Of a stretch of DNA of 64,000 nucleotides, positions 58,084-64,000 are shown in pieces. The stretch is taken from assembly GCA_963708025.1 (NCBI GenBank), contig CAVPSB010000013.1, positions 576,001-640,000 on the forward strand, in the 5' to 3' direction. The position numbers were made by a program, and so were the translations under genes. The DNA comes from an uncultured Candidatus Rokubacteria bacterium (lineage in GTDB: Bacteria; Methylomirabilota; Methylomirabilia; Rokubacteriales; DASRDR01). The notes beneath the pieces were generated by a model, which was given only the letters and a program-made list of their open reading frames with translations, made no database searches and was not told where the DNA came from. Numbering within the stretch: the first letter of the stretch is position 1; the number at the start of each line of letters is the position of its first letter.

Positions 58084-60236
58084 TCAGGCGCGGCGAAGCG
58101 CCTCGGGACGGATCGGAAGCTGGCGCACCCGCCGGCCGGTGGCCGCGAAGATGGCGTTGCCGACCGCGGGGGCGACCGGCGCCACCCCGGACTCCCCGAC
58201 GCCCCCCGGGGGCTCGGGGCTCGGCACGATGTGGACCTCGATCACCGGCACCTCGTGCATGCGGAGCAGCGGGTAGTCGTGGAAGTTCGACTGCTGGACG
58301 CGCCCTCGCTCGATCGTGATGGCGCCCTTGAGCACCGCGCTCAGGCCGAAGACGATCCCGCCTTCCATCTGGGCCGTCACCGTGTCGGGGTTCACCACGA
58401 TGCCGCAGTCGATCGCGCAGACCACGCGCTCGACGCGCACGCTCCCGTCCTTCGCGACCGCCACCTCGGCCACCTGGGCCAGGTACGAGCCGAACGACCC
58501 CCCGTGGAGCGCGATGCCGCGGCCCCGGCCCGCGCCGAGCGGCGTGCCCCAGCCGGCCCGGGCCGCGGCCAGATCGAGCACGCCCCGGTATCGGGGCTGG
58601 CCGACGAGCAGCTCGCGGCGCAGCTCGACCGGGTCGCGCCCGGAGGCCGCCGCGACCTCGTCGAGGAAGCACTCCGTCATGAAGGGGTTGTAGGACTCGC
58701 CGACCGAGCGCCAGTACCCGACGGGGACGCCGGTCTCCTTCCGCGTGTACTGCACCTCCAGGTTCGGGATCGCGTAGGGCAGGCTGGTCGCGCCCATCAG
58801 GGAGGTGACGTCGATCCCCTTCTCGAGCTGCTCCGGGGCGAGGCGGCCGAGGATCGACGGCCCCACGACGTGCTGGGTCCACGCCACCGGCCGCCGCTCG
58901 CGGTCGAGCCCGGCTCGCAGCACGCCGAGGGTCGCCGCGCGGTAGAGATCGTGACGGATGTCGTCCTCCCGGGTCCACACGACCTGGACCGGTGCGCCGG
59001 TCGCCTTGGCGACGTGTGCCGCCTCCTCGACGAAGTCCACCTCCGAGCGGCGGCCGAACCCGCCGCCGAGGAAGGTCGTGTGGACGCGGACGGCGGCGGG
59101 CGGCAGCCCGGTGATCGTGGCCACGACGTCGCGCGTCGCCTCCTGGTGCTGCGTGGGCGCCCACACGTCGCAGCCATCGGCGCGGACGTGGACCGTGCAG
59201 GTCTGGGGCTCCATGGTCGCGTGGGCCAGGAACGGGACCTCGTAGGTGGCCTCGAGCCGGCGGGCCGCGCCCGCCAGCGCCCGGGCCGGATCGCCCTCCC
59301 GCCGGGCGACGGCGCCCGGCCGGGCGGCCGCGGCGCGCAGGGCGCGGGTGATGGCGGCGCTGGAGACGGTCCGGTTCGGGCCCTCGCTCCACTTGACCAC
59401 GAGCGCCTCGCGCCCGAGCTTGGCCGGCCAGAAGGCGTCGGCGACGACGGCCACGCCCGAGGGGACCTGGACGACGACCCGGACCCCCTTGACCGCTTTC
59501 GCCCGGCTCGCGTCCAGGCTCGCCAGGGTGCCGCCGAAGACCGGGCAGCGGGCCACCGTCGCGAACAGCAGCCCGGGCAGGCGGACGTCGAGACCGAAGA
59601 CGGCGCTCCCGTCGACCTTGGCCGGGATGTCGAGCCGTGGCACCGGTCGCCCGATCAGCCGGAACTCGCCCGGGCTCCTTGAGCCGTGGGTTCTGCGGGA
59701 ACGGGCAGCGTCGCCGCCTTCTCGGCCAGCTCGCCATAGGACAGGCGGCGGCCGGTCGCCCGGTGCCACACGACCCCCTGCTCGGCGCGGCAGCTCTCCG
59801 GCGGTACGCCCCACTCCCGGGCCGCGGCCGCCACCAGCATCTCCCGGGCGGCGGCGCCCGCCTGGCGGAGCGGAAGCCAGGAGCCGCGCACGCTCGTGTC
59901 GCCGGTCGTGGCCTGGACCCCTTCGATCGCGTCCCGGTAGGCGGGATCGACGGGCGCCGACTGGATCCGGACCGTGGACCACTCGGCTTCCAGCTCGTCC
60001 GCCACCAGCACCGCCATCGAGGTCAGGGAGCCCTGCCCCATCTCCGACTTCGCCACGACGATCGTGACGGCGCCCTGGGCGTCGATCCGCACCCAGGCGT
60101 TGGGGGCGAACACGGCGTCCGTCTCGGCGCCGCCCGCCGGGCGGCCGAGCGGCAGCTCCACGCCGACCACCAGCCCGGCGCCGAGGGCGAGGCCGCCCTC
60201 GAGGAGCGCCCGGCGGCTCAGCCGGCGGCCGCTCAT
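58084..60236 (-). CDS. iorB: Xanthine dehydrogenase family Mo-binding subunit (IorB-like); frameshift near 59680
   Basis: SRRALL; SEMGQG..T, AHATMEP, GGGFGRR, WTREDD, WRSV, Q.EGG..FGLS, GGVGE. Confidence 0.9.
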
Positions 60237-60701
60237 CGGCTGGCTCCGCGCGCCATCGCCGCCGCCCGGTGGATGGCCCGGCGGATCCGCACGTAGGTCC
60301 CACAGCGGCAGAGGTTCCCGGACATCACGGCGTCGATGTCGGCATCGCTCGGGTCCGGCTTGGCGGCCAGGAGCGCGGCCGCCGACATGATCTGCCCCGG
60401 CTGGCAGTAGCCGCACTGGGGCACCTCCTCGGCGATCCACGCCTTCTGGAGGGGATGGCTCCGGCTCTCGGACAGGCCTTCGATGGTCGTCACGGCCTTG
60501 CCGGCGGCGAGCGAGACCGGGGTCACGCAGGACCGGACCGGCTGCCCGTCGAGGTGGACGGTGCACGACGCCGCACAGGGCCATCCCGCAGCCGAACTTC
60601 GTCCCGGTCAGGCCGAGGGCATCGCGCAGCACCCAGAGCAGCGGCGTGGCGCCGTCGACGTCGACCGTCCGGCTCTGGCCGTTCACGACGAGCTGCAGCA
60701 T
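60233..60701 (-). CDS. iorA: (2Fe-2S)-binding subunit (IorA-like); frameshift near 60570
   Basis: [18 protein letters not shown]...[21 protein letters not shown]. Confidence 0.92.
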
Positions 60702-60816
60702 GGCTCCTCCCTCTCACGCGCATCCGGGCGCGGCGATCCAGTCTATCAAGAATGCGCCTGTCCTCCGGTCCCCCCTTCGATTACCATCGTCCCGAATGGC
60801 GGGGGAGGGACAGCGG

Positions 60817-61413
60817 ATGCATCGGTGGCGCCGGTACGGGATCGTCGTCGGCATCGTGGTGGGTGCGAGCGCTCCCGCGGCCGGGGTCTCCGCCCAGACG
60901 CCGCGCGAAGCGGCCCTCGCCGCCTTTTCCCACCTCCATCGGGTCGCCACGCACCCCCGGTGCACGAACTGCCACTCCCCGTCCGACCGACCGCTGAACG
61001 GCGATCGGACGCGCGGGAGCCGGCCCCACGACATGAACATCTCGCGCGGGATCCAGGCGCTCGGCACGCCGTGCGCCACCTGCCATCAGGAGCGCAACCT
61101 GCCGGGACGGAACATGCCCCCGGGCGCGCCCCACTGGACCATGCCCGAGGACGCCGACAAGGCCATCACGCGAGCGACGTCGCCCCGCGAGCTCTGCGCG
61201 ACGTGGAAGGATGCGCGGAAGAATCGCTTCGAGAGCGGAGACCGCCGGGGCCAGCCGCGAGCCGATCCGGACCTCTTCGTCCACGTGACGACGGATCCGC
61301 TGGTCCGGTGGGCCTGGGAGCCCGGGGACGGTCGGGAGCGCGCGCCCGGGACCCACGCGCAGTTCGTTCAGCGATTCGCCGTCTGGATCAAGGGCGGCGC
61401 TCCGTGCCCGTGA
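60817..61413 (+). CDS. Exported di-heme cytochrome c-like protein of the type found beside iorAB
   Basis: Signal peptide; HPRCTNCH and CATCH; PPGAPHW, WAW.PG.GR, W...GA.CP. Confidence 0.8.
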   Translation: MHRWRRYGIVVGIVVGASAPAAGVSAQTPREAALAAFSHLHRVATHPRCTNCHSPSDRPLNGDRTRGSRPHDMNISRGIQALGTPCATCHQERNLPGRNMPPGAPHWTMPEDADKAITRATSPRELCATWKDARKNRFESGDRRGQPRADPDLFVHVTTDPLVRWAWEPGDGRERAPGTHAQFVQRFAVWIKGGAPCP

Positions 61414-61458
61414 CCGGCCGCCGCCGGCGGCGATCGCGGCGAGCTCGACCTCGGCCGA

Positions 61459-62446
61459 TCAGCGCCGGAGCGCCGCGATCAGCGGGGCGAAGCTGCTCGA
61501 TCCCGCGCGCGCCCGGCGGATCGACGACGTTGACCGTGACGTGCCCGGCGCCGGCCGCCTCGAGCGACCGCAGGTGGGCCAGGATCTCGTCCGGGGTGCC
61601 GTGCCGGGCGGGGAACCGCGCGGCGTCCAGGGCGTACTCGGCGACGCCGTTCCGCGGGGGCCCGACCTGCCAGGCCGGATCCACGGGGTCCCCGGTCGCC
61701 AGCGCGACCCGGGTTCCCGCCGAGCGCGCGATCGATTTCGGGTCCCGGCCCACCTCGGCGCAGGCGGCGTCCAGCGCCGCGTACCGCTGGGCGAGGGCGT
61801 CGGCGGTGAACTGGTAGTCGGTGTCGTAGGTGTCGGCGTACCGGGCGGCCAGCCGCAGCATCCGGGGTCCCTGGGCGCCGATCATGATGGGCGGGCCAGC
61901 CGGCCGCGGTCCCCGGGGCTGGAGCTCGCAGTCCCGCGCCTGGTAGTACTTCCCCTGGAAGTCCACGCGACCCTCCCGGAGCAGCGGCACGATGATCCGG
62001 AGCGCTTCCTCGAAGCGGCTGACCCGGTCGGCGAACGGGAAGCCGTATGCCTCGTACTCCGGCTGGTGCCAGCCGGCGCCGAGCCCGAGGATCAGACGGC
62101 CGTCGCTGATCTCGTCGAGCGTGGACGCCATCTTCGCGAGCAGCGCCGGGTTCCGGAAGCTGGCGCAGGCCATCAGCGGCCCGAGGTGAATGCGGCTGGT
62201 GGCCTCGGCCGCCGCGCTCAGGATCGACCACGCCTCCCAGATCCCCCGCGTCTTCCCGGCGGGCAGGTCCATGGCCGGCACGTTGCCCGGCGGCGACCGG
62301 CGGAAGAGCAGGTGGTCCGGGACCATCAGCGTGTCGAAGCCGACCGCCTCGGCCAGCTTCACGAGCTCGCGAAGCTCGCGCCAGCGGGGCGGTCGGTTCC
62401 CGCCCAGCGCGCCCGACCCCACCGGCAGCATCATCCCGAGCTTCAT
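61459..62446 (-). CDS. LLM class flavin/F420-dependent oxidoreductase; indel near C-terminus
   Basis: AE..GFD...V.DH, EAW..L.A.A..T.RI.LG, RNPALLAKMA.TLD.IS.GRL.LG.GAGW...EY; corrected end FAPLIAALRR*. Confidence 0.88.
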
Positions 62447-62471
62447 ATCTGGGTCCTTTCCCGATAGCCGG

Positions 62472-63158
62472 TCACGGCAGGCGAAGGACGCGGCGGCCCA
62501 CGTTGTAGAGGAAGCTCGACAGCCGACCCGGAAAGGCGGCCGCGTACCGGGCCCCGGCGACGTCGGCCGGGCCATCGTCCAGCGCGGCCCGCAGGTCGTC
62601 CCACTCGTCGATCACGAACCACCGGGGATCCCGTGACGCCGCCACCGGGTGCGGCGGCCCGCGCCGGCACACGCGGCCGGCCCGGAAGCCCGGCCGGCTC
62701 CGGAGGCGCGGCCCCTCGCGGCTCTCGTACCACTCGAGCAACGCGCCGTCGTCCCCCTCGGGCAGGTCGAAGCGCGCCGTGGTGAGACAGGGCGCCTCGA
62801 CGCCCCCCGTCCGGTCGCCCCGGCTCCAGTCGCCGATCGACCCGGGGACCCCGACCGTCGCCAGCTGGTCGTAGGCCGTGTTCGACCGGCTGGTCAGCAG
62901 CGCGATGAGGGCCGGTCCCTCGGTGTCCTTCGCCGCCACGTCGCGGTACGCCTGGGTCCTGAACAGATCGTGGCCGGGGATCTCGTAGAGGTTGCACACG
63001 AGCGGCGAGCCCACCTCGGACTGGTATACCTGGGCGCTGTAGAAGCCGGCCCGGAGGAGGTCGGGCGCGTGGCGGCGGATGTACCAGTCGTCCACCCGCG
63101 CCCGGTGCTCGGGCGGTACATCCGACCGCGCCGTGTAGATCGTCGGCAAGGTTCCCAT
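62472..63158 (-). CDS. Hypothetical protein, two dimeric alpha/beta-barrel-like (EthD/DUF4286-like) repeats
   Basis: D.WY...H.P.LL..GF and EWY...E.P.L...PGF repeats. Confidence 0.65.
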   Translation of the reverse strand: MGTLPTIYTARSDVPPEHRARVDDWYIRRHAPDLLRAGFYSAQVYQSEVGSPLVCNLYEIPGHDLFRTQAYRDVAAKDTEGPALIALLTSRSNTAYDQLATVGVPGSIGDWSRGDRTGGVEAPCLTTARFDLPEGDDGALLEWYESREGPRLRSRPGFRAGRVCRRGPPHPVAASRDPRWFVIDEWDDLRAALDDGPADVAGARYAAAFPGRLSSFLYNVGRRVLRLP

Positions 63159-63163
63159 CGCTC

Positions 63164-63991
63164 TCAGCCTCCGTGACTCACGCTAGGATCCAGGCGATCG
63201 CGCAGGGCGTCGCCGACGAAGTTGAACGCCACCACGGCGAGGAAGATGCCCGCCGCCGGGACCGCCACCACCTGGGGCGCCGCCCGGAGGTAGGCGCGCC
63301 CGGCGCCCAGCATGGCGCCCAGCTCCGGCGACGGCGGCTGGGCCCCCAGCCCCAGGAAGCTCAGGCTCGCGCCCATCAGCATGTTCTGCGCGCAGAAGAC
63401 GGCCGACTGAACCGTCAGTGCCGGGACGCAGCTCGGGAACACGTGACGGAGGAGGATCCCGCGCTCGGCGCGCCCGAGGGCCCGGGCCGCCTCCACGAAC
63501 TCGCGGCTCTTGGTGGCCAGGACCACGGAGCGCACCAGGCGGATGTACTGGGGCACGGTCCACACCGCGATGGCGATCATCGCGTTCACGAGGCTCGGTC
63601 CCAGCACCGCCACCAGCACGATGGTCAGCAGGAAGTAGGGGAACGCGAGCAACAGGTCGGTTGCCCGCATGATCACCGTCTCCAGCAGCCCGCCGTAGTA
63701 GCCGGCCACCAGGCCGAGCCCGACGCCGACGGCGGCGCCGGCGGCCACGGTCACCAGGCCCACCGCCAGCGTGAGCCGGAGCCCGTGCAGGAGCCGGCTC
63801 AGCAGGTCCCGGCCGATCCAGTCGGTCCCCAGCGGGTATTCCCCGCCGGGCGCCTGCAGCCGGAGCCGCAGGTCGGACTTGATCGGGTCGTGCGGCGCCA
63901 GCCAGGGGGCGCCCCCGCCGCCCGCCAGCAGGAGGACGAACAATAAGATCCCGATCACCGGGCGGGGGCCGCCGAGCCGGCGGACTCTCAC
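63164..63991 (-). CDS. dppC: Peptide ABC transporter permease DppC/OppC
   Basis: LGTD..GRDLLSRL..G.R.TL, EFVEAARALG, LGLGAQPP.PE.G, GD.LRD.LDP. Confidence 0.9.
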   Translation of the reverse strand: MRVRRLGGPRPVIGILLFVLLLAGGGGAPWLAPHDPIKSDLRLRLQAPGGEYPLGTDWIGRDLLSRLLHGLRLTLAVGLVTVAAGAAVGVGLGLVAGYYGGLLETVIMRATDLLLAFPYFLLTIVLVAVLGPSLVNAMIAIAVWTVPQYIRLVRSVVLATKSREFVEAARALGRAERGILLRHVFPSCVPALTVQSAVFCAQNMLMGASLSFLGLGAQPPSPELGAMLGAGRAYLRAAPQVVAVPAAGIFLAVVAFNFVGDALRDRLDPSVSHGG

Positions 63992-64000
63992 TGGAGGCGG

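Noticed and set aside
59655..60701. IorA-IorB fusion ORF
   Set aside because: Indels near 60570 and 59680; iorA ends at 60233 and overlaps the iorB ATG normally.
1..64000. CRISPR array, tRNA/rRNA, prophage, transposase or integrase
   Set aside because: No regularly spaced repeats, RNA-gene signatures or corresponding protein motifs were found by eye.

Overview
Very GC-rich bacterial chromosomal segment. It is dominated by solute uptake (two dppABC-like clusters, one potDABC-like cluster, two NitT/TauT clusters, a TRAP system) and by catabolic/redox enzymes (amidohydrolases, racemase, D-aminoacylase, acyl-CoA dehydrogenase, DhpH-like flavin monooxygenase, MetE-like protein, two LLM oxidoreductases, IorAB and a DMSO-reductase-family Mo enzyme). 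The gene repertoire, including repeated PF04392-type binding proteins and a DUF222-HNH gene, resembles soil Ca. Rokubacteria; that assignment is inference only. At least a dozen genes carry single-base indels, most simply explained by an unpolished long-read assembly. No rRNA, tRNA, CRISPR array, integrase or transposase was recognised. Beneath the metabolic genes is a layer of small mobile or cassette-like DNA: a solitary attC-like site with textbook geometry (4598-4668) and attC-like remnants beside accessory genes; two paralogous DUF433/DUF5615 TA pairs; two orphan antitoxins with toxin remnants, one bounded by direct repeats inside an ABC operon; a RusA-like nuclease gene; a ~107-bp MITE with perfect inverted repeats; REP-like hairpins; and a 38-bp promoter present twice. 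No single clearly new system is proven. The best leads are the integrase-less cassette traces, the RusA-like/TA islet, the orphan PF04392 binding proteins inside NitT/TauT operons, the DUF222-HNH element and a HEAT + alpha/beta-hydrolase gene pair.
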